Source of the DNA: Hypanus sabinus | Lineage: Eukaryota | Reading direction: 5' to 3' | DNA: 33,129 nucleotides | NCBI RefSeq assembly: GCF_030144855.1 | Contig: NW_026780516.1 | Location: 1 to 33,129, forward strand | Part shown: in pieces, positions 11,515 to 23,091 of the stretch | How positions within the stretch are numbered: position 1 is the first letter of the stretch | How the letters are laid out: each line of letters opens with the position of its first letter | The notes under the pieces: model-generated | Databases searched by the model: none | Told to the model about the DNA's origin: nothing | The model's input: the letters and a program-made list of their open reading frames with translations, nothing else | Program-made: the position numbers and the translations under genes

Positions 11515-14500
11515 AAATATATAACAATTACACCTCGGATACAGGCCATCTCGACCCTTCTGGCCCGTGCCGAGCGCTTACTCTCACCTTGTCCCACCGA
11601 CGCGCACTCAGCCCATAACCCTTCATTCCTTTCCTGGCCATATACCTATCCAATTTTACATTAAATGACAAAGCTGAACCTGCCTCTAACACTTCTACTG
11701 GAAGCTCGTTCCACACAGCTACCTCTCTCTGAGTAAAGAACTCCCCCTTGTGTTACCCCTAATCTTTTTCCCTTAACTCTCAACTCAGATTCAAACTTTT
11801 GTCCTCTTGTTTGAATCTCCCCTAATCTCAATGTAAAAAGCCTATCTACGTCATCTCTGTCCATTGCCTGCATAAATTTAAATACCTCTATCAAATTCCC
11901 CTCAGCCTTCTCTGCTCTAAAGAATAAATAACTAACTTGTTCAAACAATCTCTATAAGGTAGATGCTAAAACCCAGGTAACATTCTAGTAAATCTCCTCT
12001 GTACTCCATCTAATTTAATGACATCTTTCCTATAGTTCGGTGACCAGAACTGTACACAATACCCCAAATTCGGCCTCACCAATGCCTTGTAGAATTTTAA
12101 CATAACATCCCAACGCCTATACTCAATGCTCTGATTGATAAAGGCCAACATACCAAAAGCATTATTCATCATCCTACACACCTGAGAATCCACATTCAGG
12201 GAACTATGCACCGTTATTCGAAGATCACTCTGCTCTACTGCATTCATCGATGCCCTAACATTGACCATATATGTCATATTTTGATTATTCCTAACAAAAC
12301 GTAGCACCTCAGACTTACCAGCATTAAACTCCATCTGCCATGTTTATGTCCACTCTTCTAACTAGCCTAAATCTCTCTGCAAGCTTTAGAAACCAACTTC
12401 ATGATCCACAACACCACCTATCTTAGCATCATCTGCATACTTGCTAATCCAGTTTATCACCCCATCACACAGATCAATAATGTATTTGACAAACAATATT
12501 GGATCCCGATGATCCAATGTACAGATCCCTGAGCACACCACTAGTCACCTGCTCCTAATCAGACCCTGTCTATCAAGATAATGAGACATACCGTCTCTAC
12601 TGACGTCAAACCTACAGGCCGATAATTGCTAGGTTTACTCTTAGAATCCTTTGTGAACAATGGAACCTCATAAGCAATGCGCCAATCCTCTGGCACCATC
12701 CTCGTTTCTAATGACATTTGAAATATTTCTGTCAGAGCTATTGCTATTTCTACACTAACTTCTCTCAGGGTCCTAGGGAATGACCTGTCAGGATCCGGAG
12801 ACTTATCCACTTTTACATCCTTTCGAAACTCTGGTACTTCCTCTCGTTTAATCATCATAGTTGCCAGAACTACCCTTCCTGTTTCCGTTATGTTACACAA
12901 TACAATATCCTTGTCCTTAGTGAATACCGATGAAAAGAAACTGTTCAAAGTCTGCCCCCGTTTCTTTTGGCTCCACACATAGCTGTCCACTCGGATTCTC
13001 TAAGGGACCAATTTTATCCCTCACTATACTTTTGCTCTAATATAACTGTAGAAACCCTTTGGATTTAATTTCACCTTACCTGCCAAAGCAACCTTATATC
13101 TTCTTTTAGCTTTTCTAATTTCTTTCTTAAGATTCTTCTTACGTTCTTTGTATTCCTACAGCACCTCATTTACTCCATGCTGCCGATACTTACTGTAGAT
13201 CTTCCTCTTTTTCCGAATCAATCTTCCAATTTCCCTTGAAAACAATGGGTCTCTGAAACGTTTAACCGTTTCTTTCAATTTAACAGGAACAATAAGGTTC
13301 TGTACTCTCAAAATGTCAAGTTTAAATGACTTCAATTTCTTTATTGCATCCTTTCCATAAAGCAAGTTGTCCCAATCCACTCCTCCTAAACCCTTTCGCA
13401 TCTCCTCAAAGTTAGCCTTTCTCCAATAAAACAAAAATCAAGCCTGGGTCCAGTCCTATTCTTCTCCATAATTATATTGAAACTAATGGTATTGTGATCA
13501 CTGGACTCGAAGTGCTCCCCAACGCATACCTCCCTCACGTGACCTATCTCATTCCCTTACAGAAGATCCAGAACTGTCCCTTCTCCAGTCGGTACCTTAA
13601 TGTATTGCTGCAAAAAACTATCCTGCACTCAGTTTACAAACTCCAGACCATCCAGCCCTTTTACAGAATGGGCTCCCCAGTCTCTGTGTGGAAAATCAAA
13701 GTCTTCCACAATCACAACCTTGCACTTACGACAAATATCTGCTATCTCCATAAAAAATTGTTCCTCCAATTCTCGCTACCCATTAGGTGTTTTATAATAC
13801 ACCCCTGTAATTTGGACTACAACTTTCCCATTGCTCAGTTCCACTCAAATAGCCTCCCTAGATAAGCCATCTATTCTGTCCAGCCAAAGCACCTCAGTAA
13901 TATTTTCTCAGACAAGCAATGCAACAACTCCTCTGCTTGCCCCTCCGATTCTATTACACCTGAAGCAATGAAATCCAGGACTATTTAGATGCCAATCACA
14001 CCCCGCCTGCAACCATGTTTCACAAATAGCTACACCATCATATTTCCAGAAATCAATCCATGCTCTAAGCTCATCCAGCTTTCTTACAATGATGCTCCTA
14101 GCATTAATATAGATACATTTAAGAAACTCTGCACCTCTTCCTCTCTGTTTATCCCTTCCGATTCCATCAATGTTATCATCTTTTTCTTCCTTCTCCCTAC
14201 ATTTTTGGTCTGAGCTCTCCCATTCTCCTAGACTAACATCCCTAACACACTTTCGACGAGCGTTCTCTATTTTTGACATAACGTCCTCTCCCGTAGTCTC
14301 TTCAAATTGATTCCCACCCCCAACCATTCTCGTTCAATTTCTCCCCAGTAGCCTTATCAAATTTCCCCGCCAGGATATTAGTCCTCCGAGGATTCAAGTG
14401 TAACCCGAGATTACAACCATTGCGGTCCTTCTTCTCAACGGCTTTCCTAACTCCCTATAGTCTCCTTTCATGACCTCTTCCCTTTTCCTATCTTTGTCAT

Positions 14501-14865
14501 TGGCACCTATACGTACCACGACCTCTGGATCCTCACCCTCACACTTGAGGATATCTTGGACGCGATCAGAAACATCCCGAACCCGGGCTCCAGGGAGGCA
14601 AATTACCATCCGAGTCTCCTGACCGCGTACACAGAATGGCCTATATGACCCCCTAACGATCGAGTCCCCTATTACTACTACCTTCATGTTCATTTCGTTA
14701 CCCTTCCTCTTCCTTTCCTTATCCTTCTGAGCTACAGGGTCGGATTCTGTGCCGGAGGCACGGCCACTGTTGCTTCCCCAAGGTAGGCTCTCCCCTTCAG
14801 CAGTACTCAAACAGGAGTACTTATTGCAAAGGGGTACAGCCACTGGGGTAATCTGTAGTAATCCC
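11515..14865 (-). mobile_element. CR1 LINE, 5'-truncated, with part of ORF1 (SGNH esterase) and disrupted, internally deleted ORF2
   Basis: ORF1 VVVIGDSIVRGS..VICLPGARVRDV; APE CIYINARS/AICETWL; RT SNYRPVGLTSV and YKALVRPNLGYCVQFWSP. 3' tail near 11515 resembles that of the 6324-10020 copy. Confidence 0.94.
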
Positions 14866-15334
14866 TTTTTAAATATTCCCCGCTTCACTGCCCGACGTCA
14901 CACTCCTGCGCAGAGTTTTATCCTCTTAAAATTTACACTTTGCAAATGATTCTTCTGGCGTAAAGATTAGAAAACATCCAAGCCATCGAATGATATCACT
15001 GATTAGCCCATCAGGAATTCGGCTAATCCAGAACTGAGCCTTCGCCGCCATTCAATAATAGCTAATTTATCATCACTTCCAAACATATTCTGACGCCCTT
15101 TCCGCGTATTAATTGAAGCCACGACGAATCAAGAGCCGATGAACCCCACCACAAATGGCTCCAATGAACTGCCCATCATATCCATCTGTACCGATTAATT
15201 CCACACATTCACCAGCCTTGTTCTTCAGAAAAAAATCTGCATCTCTGCTCTAAAGAGCTAACGATTAAAAAATTCTGAATTTGAGGAAGTTTCCATGCAA
15301 GTGTGTGTTCATGGTCTTTATTTCACCCACACAG

Positions 15335-16257
15335 TTAACATGGTGACAATCATCATACTGTCGCGGGGAAAGTGCGGTCTCTCCAAAGGCGTCACAAGGT
15401 ACCTGGTTGCCATGGTAGCAGCGGATCAGCTGGTAATTCTCTTTGATCTTTTATTGAGAAGGATTCCGATTACTTACATACCGTGGGAGGTTGTCATCTG
15501 GTCGTTACGAGTTCCCGTGTGTAAATTCCACGCCGTCGTGTTAAACGCCGCCACGGACTGTTCTGTCTGGTTCACTGTCGCTTTCACCTTTGATCGATTT
15601 GTAGCCATTTGTTTTCAGAAGTTGAAAGGAAATTACTGCACCGGGAGAGCGGCGGCTCTGGTTCTGGGGACAGTGACTCTGCTGAGCTGCGTAAAGAACT
15701 TACCCTGGTACTTTTTGCTCGCTGGGTCATATTCGATGATTGTTTCGCCCCTGCTCTGTCTGCATTCTTCGCTTTTTTCCCTATCTATGGAGACAGCATT
15801 TCTTCTGATACATTCAATCCTCACCCCAATATTCCCCTTTGCCTTCATTCTGCTGCTCAACTTTTTAACCATCAGGTACGTTTTAGTGGCCAGCCGAGTC
15901 TGGAGGGGACTCCGTGGGACGCACGATGGGGAGACGCCCGCCGACCCTGAGATGAAGAACCGCAGGCAATCTCTCTTGTTACTGCTGGTGATGTCGGGGA
16001 ATTTCATATTCCTGTGGGCTCTGTTGACGGTGTTTTCCATATGGGAGGGTCTGATGTATTACATTGTCCGGATGCCCCCATTTTCTCTGCAGCATTTGGG
16101 CTACATGCTGCAAATATTGAGCTGCTGCACGAACTCGGCCCTTTACGCCGTGATCCAGGCCAGGTTCAGGGTTCAGCTGAAGGAGAGAGTCAAATCGCCC
16201 TTACGTCACATGGCAAAGTTCATTCGACGTTGTGTGGACAGCATTAATCCTCGGTGA
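15335..16257 (+). CDS. GPR139/142-like class A GPCR, coding exon 2 (TM1 end to TM7 and C-tail)
   Basis: Acceptor tttcacccacacag|TT AAC ATG. Open frame with six further hydrophobic segments, LVAMVAADQL (TM2), VC..(ECL1/TM3 Cys), FTFDRFVAIC (DRY variant), ILTPIFP (TM5), SCCTNSALY (TM7), stop at 16257. Spliced CDS is 1068 nt (355 aa). Confidence 0.92.
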
Positions 16258-18064
16258 AGCTTTTCCCATACCGCCGCAAAAAAATCCCATTTCGCCAGTC
16301 GCATGTGCAATACCATTGGGGCTGTGGACGGCCCGATTAGCTCCCGCCCTCCCCCACTCCATGCTGGGCCACGATCGGAGCCATGCTCCCAATCTGCCTC
16401 CACTGCGCTCCTTCCAGTTTAAGTTCTTTACGAGTTCCCTGTAATGTCTACTACATTTCCATCAAGTGTGTGTTTCTACCGTTAGATGCATGCGAAGCTT
16501 TGACATCACCGTAGCAATACAACGTTTATGCCTTGCCAGCATTCCGTGCTGTCCGAAAGCCTACTCATGTACGCCGGATGTACTCCGTCTCTTTTCTCTC
16601 GCGAAAGCTTTTGGTTGCAAGAGCTCCAGCCATTGAAAGTTTCGGGAAATCTGGTTATCATGGACAGTCTGCAAATGTCCTCTTCATCCGGGGTGCTTTG
16701 AAATATGTCTGTCACTTCGAGACTAATTCAGTAACTCGCGCTCATAAAATCCACTCATCCAATCGTCGTTCCTCGGTCGCAAGCAGTAACTGCAATCGCA
16801 ATGCCTTCTGGGAATTAAATTAAATACTTGGACACTTTGTGCGGTTAAGGCCCAGTCTGTCGAATTGCATTTAGTACATTGGGTGTTTCGGGCAGACGGT
16901 GCTCGTCAACATGGGAAGGCAGTCCATCTAAGAGAAGGAATACTCTGAGGGAAGGTGATTGCTGAGGTATAGCATCGGATGACAACTTATTTACTGAGAT
17001 TCCGCAAGAAATGTGAGATGTTGTCAGAAGTATGGCTGCCGAAGATACATCTTCAGTTGGTCTCGATACATCGGAGCTTTCTCCTGCTGAACCTTCCGGA
17101 ATAGCATCTGGCACTGGAATATTCCTCCTGAGATACTGATTGGTACGTAAACCCTCCGAAACGCCGATGCTCAACGCCACTGGGTCCCTCGTAATCTGGC
17201 ATTTTTCTTTGTCCGTTTGATTATCGACTGTTGTCCTCATTTCTTGCCGCTACCTTTACAGCGTGACCGCACGTGTTTCCTCGGCGTACACTTGTTTCCT
17301 GCCACACCCCAAACATTGTATCTTAATTGGTTAACAGCACATTCTCTATTGAAAACACCCCTGTGGCAAATCATTGTTGGAGTTATTTCGTAGGTCGTGG
17401 AACTGGGTAAGTGGCAATCACGCTGTGTGTGATTGGGGTAACCTTGTTCAATCTACCGGCGTGTCTATCCTTGCCTGGGTGGTGGTTCGGTTAACGATGT
17501 CCCTCGCCCTTGTGTTAAGCTTCTTTTAGTGATGTTTCGTGTGAGGATTCCGAGGACAACGGGAAGACCGACAACACCTGTTTGTTTGGATTACAAATAA
17601 CTGTCTCACTTCAAATTCTGTCCATTTGAACTGAACAGAAATTTCTTACATTCCATCTTTAGACGGTAACGCTTGCCATCCGAGCGTGAATAACTTTGGG
17701 AACTTTATGTTTTTACACACACAGAGATGCATAATACTGACAACACTTGCTTTACCTGGTTTACGTAGTTAGTAATAAAATCGTGATTGTTAACAGCAAA
17801 ACCAGACTCCAGGTGTGTTCTATTGCTGCTGAAACTTTTACAGCGTTTCGTGCACATAAGAGGTACTTTCCCCAGGGTTGCGTGTAAGTAACGAGACAAA
17901 GCTGAACATTCTTTTACGACCTCAGTATAAACCATACTTCGTTCTCTTCATTTTCTCTATATTCCTAAAAATATTTCATATTCTCGTATTTCTCTATCGT
18001 TCGAGACCGAACTGTTGCATTTCTAACACACATTTATCATTTCTCCGGACAGATTTCTAACTGG

Positions 18065-18618
18065 ACTTTTACCAAGATCACTCAACATCCATAACTCCAT
18101 CGCGTTTGTGTCGTCTGGAAGAGTGTGTATGAGACCCCCCACCCCCCACTTTCTTAAACACCGATTCAACCTGCGCAGCAGATTTAAGTGTCCTATGGAC
18201 TCGGACCCCAAGATCCTTCTGCCATCTTATTTGACCGAGCAAAATGAACCACCTCACACTTACCTGGGTTGAACGCCATCTGCCAATTCTCAGCCCAGTT
18301 TTGATTCCTCTCAATGCCCCATCGCAACCACTAACAGGCCTCCACACTATCCTCTACAGCCGCAACCTTCATGTAATAATCAACTTGACCAACCCATCCC
18401 TCCGCTTCATCGTCCTGATCATTTATAAAATTCACGATAATTAAGGGTCCCAGAACAGATCCCTGAGGAACTCCCCTGGTGAACGACCTCCATGCAGAAG
18501 ATAACCTGTCTACAACCACACTTTACCCTCCGTTGGCAAGCCAGTTCTGGTTCCAGAATGCAATGTCCCCTTGTATCCCATGCCTCCTTACTTTCTCAAT
18601 AAGCCTCGACAAATGCCT
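18065..18618 (-). mobile_element. CR1 RT fragment
   Basis: AWRSFTRGVPQGSVLGPL and QKDLGVRVHRTLK motifs, decayed. Confidence 0.85.
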
Positions 18619-18840
18619 GTCACATGATTGGCCGATTACATATCTGCAGATCTTAATTTCGAAAACTTACAGTTCCTTGGAGTTAGGTTGTCAGAACAGC
18701 AGACATGGAGCACCAACACCTCGATGCTTCTGTAAAAGGCACAACACTCTTCTTCCTCAGAAAGCTGAAACTCCCTCAAAAGTTGTTGCTTAACTTCTGC
18801 AGAAGCGCAACTGAAACCATCCTGAACAGCAGCGCCTTCT
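18619..18840 (+). mobile_element. Rex1/Babar- or L2-like LINE RT C-terminal fragment
   Basis: FLGVRLSEQQTWSTNT..KKAQ..FFLRKLK..LLLNFCRSATETIL, read across small frameshifts. The first 30 nt are unassigned but shared with 24214-24245. Confidence 0.65.
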
Positions 18841-18959
18841 ATGCTCCTAATTATCTCCCTTATTTTTAAGCGGTTTATGCAGAGCTGGGTTTGGCAGTCA
18901 ACTTTTCATTCGGTGAAAAGTTATTGGTGGCTTTCAGCACTGCAGAAATCTCTCTCGCA

Positions 18960-19100
18960 GTCTTCCTCTCACGCATTCTCTCTCCCATCCCTCTCAAGCA
19001 CCCACACACATCCTCTCCTCTTTCCTCTCCATACACGCTCTTCGTCTTTGTCTCTTCCCTCTTCGTTTCTCTTACTTTCCCTTTCTCTCCACTCCATCTT
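18960..19100. repeat. CT-rich low-complexity tract
   Basis: Imperfect pyrimidine-rich run (tcttcctctc...ctttctctcc). Confidence 0.7.
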
Positions 19101-20374
19101 CCCCTATTGTAATACGCCCTCACTTTCCACCCTCGCCTGCTGTGCTCTTCTCCCCCTGCATCCGAAACTGTCGGATCTCTCAGAGCCACGGTGAAACCGA
19201 GATGTACGGCGAGAGAAACGGAAAGAGCAGGTTCAGGCCCGTGGAGCTACCGATGACGTCACAGTACCGCGTCCCGATCTCTGCCGTTCCCCTGGCCGTT
19301 GGCGCTTCATATTCTGCTTTCTAATGTTTTAGACCCACAGTCGGCGACGGTGCCAGATTTCCGGGCGGATATATCAATTTGCGGAGGTTGGGAATAATTT
19401 GCGAGTGAAGACAGGGGCTCTTCAAAGATAACTGTTCAGAGTAATATAAGTTCGCACAGCCTGTAAGACAGAAACGCAGACTTGCGGGTGAAGATTTCCG
19501 GCACGATGCAGATTTCTACATCTGTCTCTCTCAACCAGATACTCGAGGCCCAGGTCAGGGTGCTGATCGTTGAGACAGTATTCAGTTCCATCGTCTGGTA
19601 TACCAATTCCCTTCGTCTCGCCTCACAGACACATTTTGGGAGATGAGATGTTCAAACACAGATGGGGCGCGGGGAGTGTGGGGGGTGGAGTTTCGGATGT
19701 CGGACAGCAGGAGGTCAGACTTGCAAAGCAAAATAGAGAGCCTCCCTGAATCAGCCATGGACAGAAGGAATAAATAAATTTTAGAACCAAATGAAGGAAG
19801 TGATCGGAATAAATATATCAGAGTGCAGGGACGGAAATAGAGAGATAACCAGGCGGGCCGGCGGCGTAGCAGAATGATGAACACAGAATGATGAGAGGAC
19901 AGTGAACAAGAACATGACACGTGTTAGTATTGGGGAGGGGTGATCGAGCTGCAGACATACGAAAATACATAAATGATGGGGAATATTACCGATCGGAGAG
20001 GTGTCTATTTACAAGAGTAAGTGGCAGGCAGTAAACCGGAACAGAGGAACAGTACTTATCTCATACACTTTCATCTTTCTCCACTCCCCATCATTTCTGT
20101 CCCTGCTCCTCACACCGTTTCGTTTCACCAGCAGATCATTCCTCCACCGTCAACGCACAAATCACAAACAAGATGCTGTGAGTCGCCACTCAGCACCTGG
20201 TTTCGCTGCGCCATCGGCTGGTTAACTATTGAATGACGAGTCTCATCAGGAGGTCAGGGCGCTGTGGCCGGCCCCAGTTCTCAGTCCCACTTCCGTTCTT
20301 CCTGCACACCGATACTCTTCATTGTCAGTCAGTCGCCGAGATGAGAGTCTGAGAGACAGACAGATAAAGAGGTG

Positions 20375-20535
20375 NNNNNNNNNNNNNNNNNNNNNNNNNN
20401 NNNNNNNNNNNNNNNNNNNNNNNNNNNNNNNNNNNNNNNNNNNNNNNNNNNNNNNNNNNNNNNNNNNNNNNNNNNNNNNNNNNNNNNNNNNNNNNNNNNN
20501 NNNNNNNNNNNNNNNNNNNNNNNNNNNNNNNNNNN
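20375..20535. other. Assembly gap (161 N)
   Basis: Run of N. Confidence 1.
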
Positions 20536-20654
20536 TGAAGGAAGCGGCGGGCTTGAAGAACAGCAAGAAGAAACAAAACAGAAAGAGAGTTTACATCGGT
20601 CGCCATTCAGTCTGATTTGAGGCGGGTGATTAGGGACATCTCATACGAAACTGG

Positions 20655-20760
20655 ACAGACCGCAATCAGACGGACAGGTATGTTTACAGACAGATAGATA
20701 GATTGATAAACGGATAGACGGACAGGCGTACAGGCCGACAGAAAGACAGATAAACAGATA
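20655..20760. repeat. Degenerate GACA/GATA tetranucleotide repeat
   Basis: gacagacc..gacggacagg..acagacagatagatagattgataaacggatagacggacagg..agacagataaacagata. Confidence 0.7.
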
Positions 20761-21305
20761 AACGGGGTAGGTCACATATCGGCGGGGGGACGTCCAGTAG
20801 GAGAGGTAGTACATCAATTTACAAGGGTAAAAGGCACACAACGAATGATAGGGCAGATAATAAATAGATACATATGCATATGCAGTATATATTAAAATTA
20901 ATTATTAGGCAAGTGGGTAGATTGATAGACCGTCGGATGGGACTAATAATTGACTACGAGACGCGGCGCAGAGTGCGGCATCGAGGACGAGCAGGGAGTG
21001 GGTCAGCAGGAATGGAATTAAAAATTACGGGAGAAAGGGAGTGAGTGGACGGCGAGCCCGCGTTCAAGGAAGCGAGGACAAATCCGACTCAAAGAGATAG
21101 AGAGGGGAGTTTGGAAGGGTGTCAGGGGAGAGAAGCAACTGCAGCGAAATTCGGGGCGGGGATTCGGCGGTCTCGTTTACACACAGCGCCATTCCGATTG
21201 GAGCAGAGAGGAAAGGGGCGTGGACAATCCTAATTGCCTGTTTCAGCTTGCTACGTAAGGAGTGAATAGTTCGTCCATTACTGAGAGAAGAAACGCCAAG
21301 CGAAC

Positions 21306-22023
21306 ATGTTGCTGTTGTTGCAACTGGTCCTCGCCTTCCACTGTGAGTGACAATTGCCTAATATTTATTTATTATGCTCGCTTTCGTTTCCCATTTCGCG
21401 CGCGATCTAACCCATCGAAATGGGCTGTTTTACTTCGTCTCTGTTCCAACTTTGTCCACAATCCTCTTGAACTCATAAATCTTCCATCTTTAACACTCTC
21501 CTTTCAATGTTCCCAGTCTTGAATCTACCTTTTTGCCTCGTTCTCAATTGCACCGGGGTATCCATGTATTTTCCCGCCGTTCCGCTCTTTTTCAGATGAC
21601 ATCTCGGTGTCGACCTTCAATCTATCTCATCATTTTCCTCCACGCATTTTTGATACCCCTCACGTCCCTGTTACTCCATGAGCCACTTTTGTGAACCCTC
21701 TTCTCTTCCCCGTCTCTTTTCCAGATGCCAACACGGTTACGATCCACCAGACCCCGGCATTTTCCGGCCGTCCCGGCGAGGAAATGGTGCTGAGATGCAG
21801 GGTGGAGGGTGGGAGCAGCGACAGTGATTATCTCTACTGGTACAGACAATACCGGGGAAGCGGACCCCAGGCCCTTTTCACCTCAAGCATAGCTAACTAC
21901 GTGCAGCCGAAGGACCCAGTGGACGGCTTCACGGCGGACAGGCCGAGTAGCAGCGAGTTCTATCTGAATTCCTCCGGCCTCCAGGCCAGTTCGTCGGCCG
22001 TGTATTTCTGCGCCTGGAGTGAG
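21306..22023 (+). CDS. TRBV: T-cell receptor beta-like V gene segment (V1), apparently functional; leader exon 21306-21342, V exon 21725-22023
   Basis: Leader MLLLLQLVLAFH+T|GTGAGT; acceptor ttttccag|AT in matching phase. V domain has C(23) in VLRC, W(41) in YWYRQ, and AVYFCAWS, with no stops, directly followed by a 23-RSS. The beta assignment rests on resemblance to CAWS-ending TRBV genes. Confidence 0.9.
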
Positions 22024-22062
22024 CACAGCGGCTCAGAGAGACCGGGGAGCTTAACAAAAACC
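22024..22062 (+). other. Recombination signal sequence (23-RSS) of V1
   Basis: Heptamer CACAGCG (22024-22030), 23-nt spacer, perfect nonamer ACAAAAACC (22054-22062). Confidence 0.96.
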
Positions 22063-22161
22063 TCACAGCTGGGTGCGGGGGTTGCTTGTCGTCACCTGAA
22101 GGGGAAATGCGTGGCTCGTTGACAGCCGACGTCTGGCGTCACCACGTACCTTAACGACTAA

Positions 22162-22182
22162 CCAATCAAATCAGTGATGTCA
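22162..22182 (+). promoter_or_regulatory. CCAAT box plus TCR V-beta promoter decamer AGTGATGTCA
   Basis: CCAAT at 22162-22166 and an exact match to the mammalian V-beta decamer consensus AGTGAYRTCA at 22173-22182. Its position 3' of V1 is unexpected, so function is uncertain. Confidence 0.4.
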
Positions 22183-22355
22183 GGTTGGGATGCTATTCAG
22201 AACTGTGGAGTTCAGACTGCTGAGTTGAAACACGCAACGGAAAGTCACTTAATTGCATCTGGGCGCGTGTTCTCCACCAATGTCACTCGCTTCTGTGGTG
22301 TTGCTGCATAGTAGCTAGTGTTTAAAGCGACACTATTGCAGCTAGAGCATTCCGG

Positions 22356-22566
22356 AGAGAGGGAGGGAGGGTGACAGAGAGAGACAGACAGGCTGACAGA
22401 CAGAGAGACAAAGAGCGAGTTAGAGAGAGCGATAGAGAGTGAGAGAAAGAGAGACAGACAGAGACAGAGGGTGAGAGAGAAGCTGAGAGCAGAGACAGGG
22501 AGGGAAAGAGAGTGGGGCTGAGAGGGAGGGAGAGAGAGGGAGAGTCGCGTGGTGGATAGAGAGATA
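22356..22566. repeat. Imperfect (GA)/(GACA)-rich simple repeat
   Basis: gagagagggagggagggtgacagagagagacagacagg...gagagatagaag. Confidence 0.9.
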
Positions 22567-23091
22567 GAAGTGGAAATGTCCGACTCCGAACAAGCTGTTT
22601 GCTGACTGGAACGCAGTGCAGAGACCGTCTTTGTAACAAGTCATGTGGAACTACAGGCGGACAGAGAGACGGGCGTGGTTCCAAAGAGATACTAACATGC
22701 AGATCGGTAGATGGACGGTAACAGAGAGGAGAAAGCGACAGGAACGCGGTGCGGGCAACAGGAGGGAGAAAGACGTCGAGGAAAATAGGAGGGAAATGAG
22801 AATGCGCTCATGTAATGACAACCCACCCATCGGCGAGGGAAGGGCAGAAACTTGTCAGTAAAAAGGACTGGAAGGAGTAAAGAGGCGGGGAATCCGTTAA
22901 CAACTCACTTACGATCAATAGTGTTGGGAAGGGTTCATTGAAGCACCGAAACAGAAAGTCCCGATATGAGATGGATTTCGCGTCTGCAAGAACAGACAAG
23001 TCAATAAAAGCTAACGTTTATTTTACTCTTCCTTCCCCCCTCCCCACCAATACCCGAACCTCCTGACCATGCCTGCAAACCTTTATGCCTT

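Noticed and set aside
15295-16257. The 320-aa ORF as a single-exon GPCR starting at MQVCVHG
   Set aside because: The first 13 codons are intronic (pyrimidine tract plus AG at 15333-15334) and TM1 is incomplete without the exon at 5338-5482.
16900-16945. FLLLDGL as a NACHT Walker B motif
   Set aside because: No Walker A motif or other NLR context; the acidic DE pair is absent.
19525-19580. J-like GPG..RVLIV as a real TRBJ or germline-joined VJ
   Set aside because: Lacks the F/W of FGXG, needs a frameshift, and has no upstream 12-RSS or downstream donor. Kept only as part of a low-confidence finding.
20190-20255. CTGATGA...GAAA on the minus strand as a hammerhead ribozyme
   Set aside because: The intervening sequence does not form stem II and the flanks do not pair.
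20229-20620. ORFs spanning the first N-gap (and 24861-25124 over the second)
   Set aside because: They are open only because N codons contain no stops.
22322-22684. Ser/Leu-rich minus-strand ORFs
   Set aside because: Translations of the GA/CT simple repeat.
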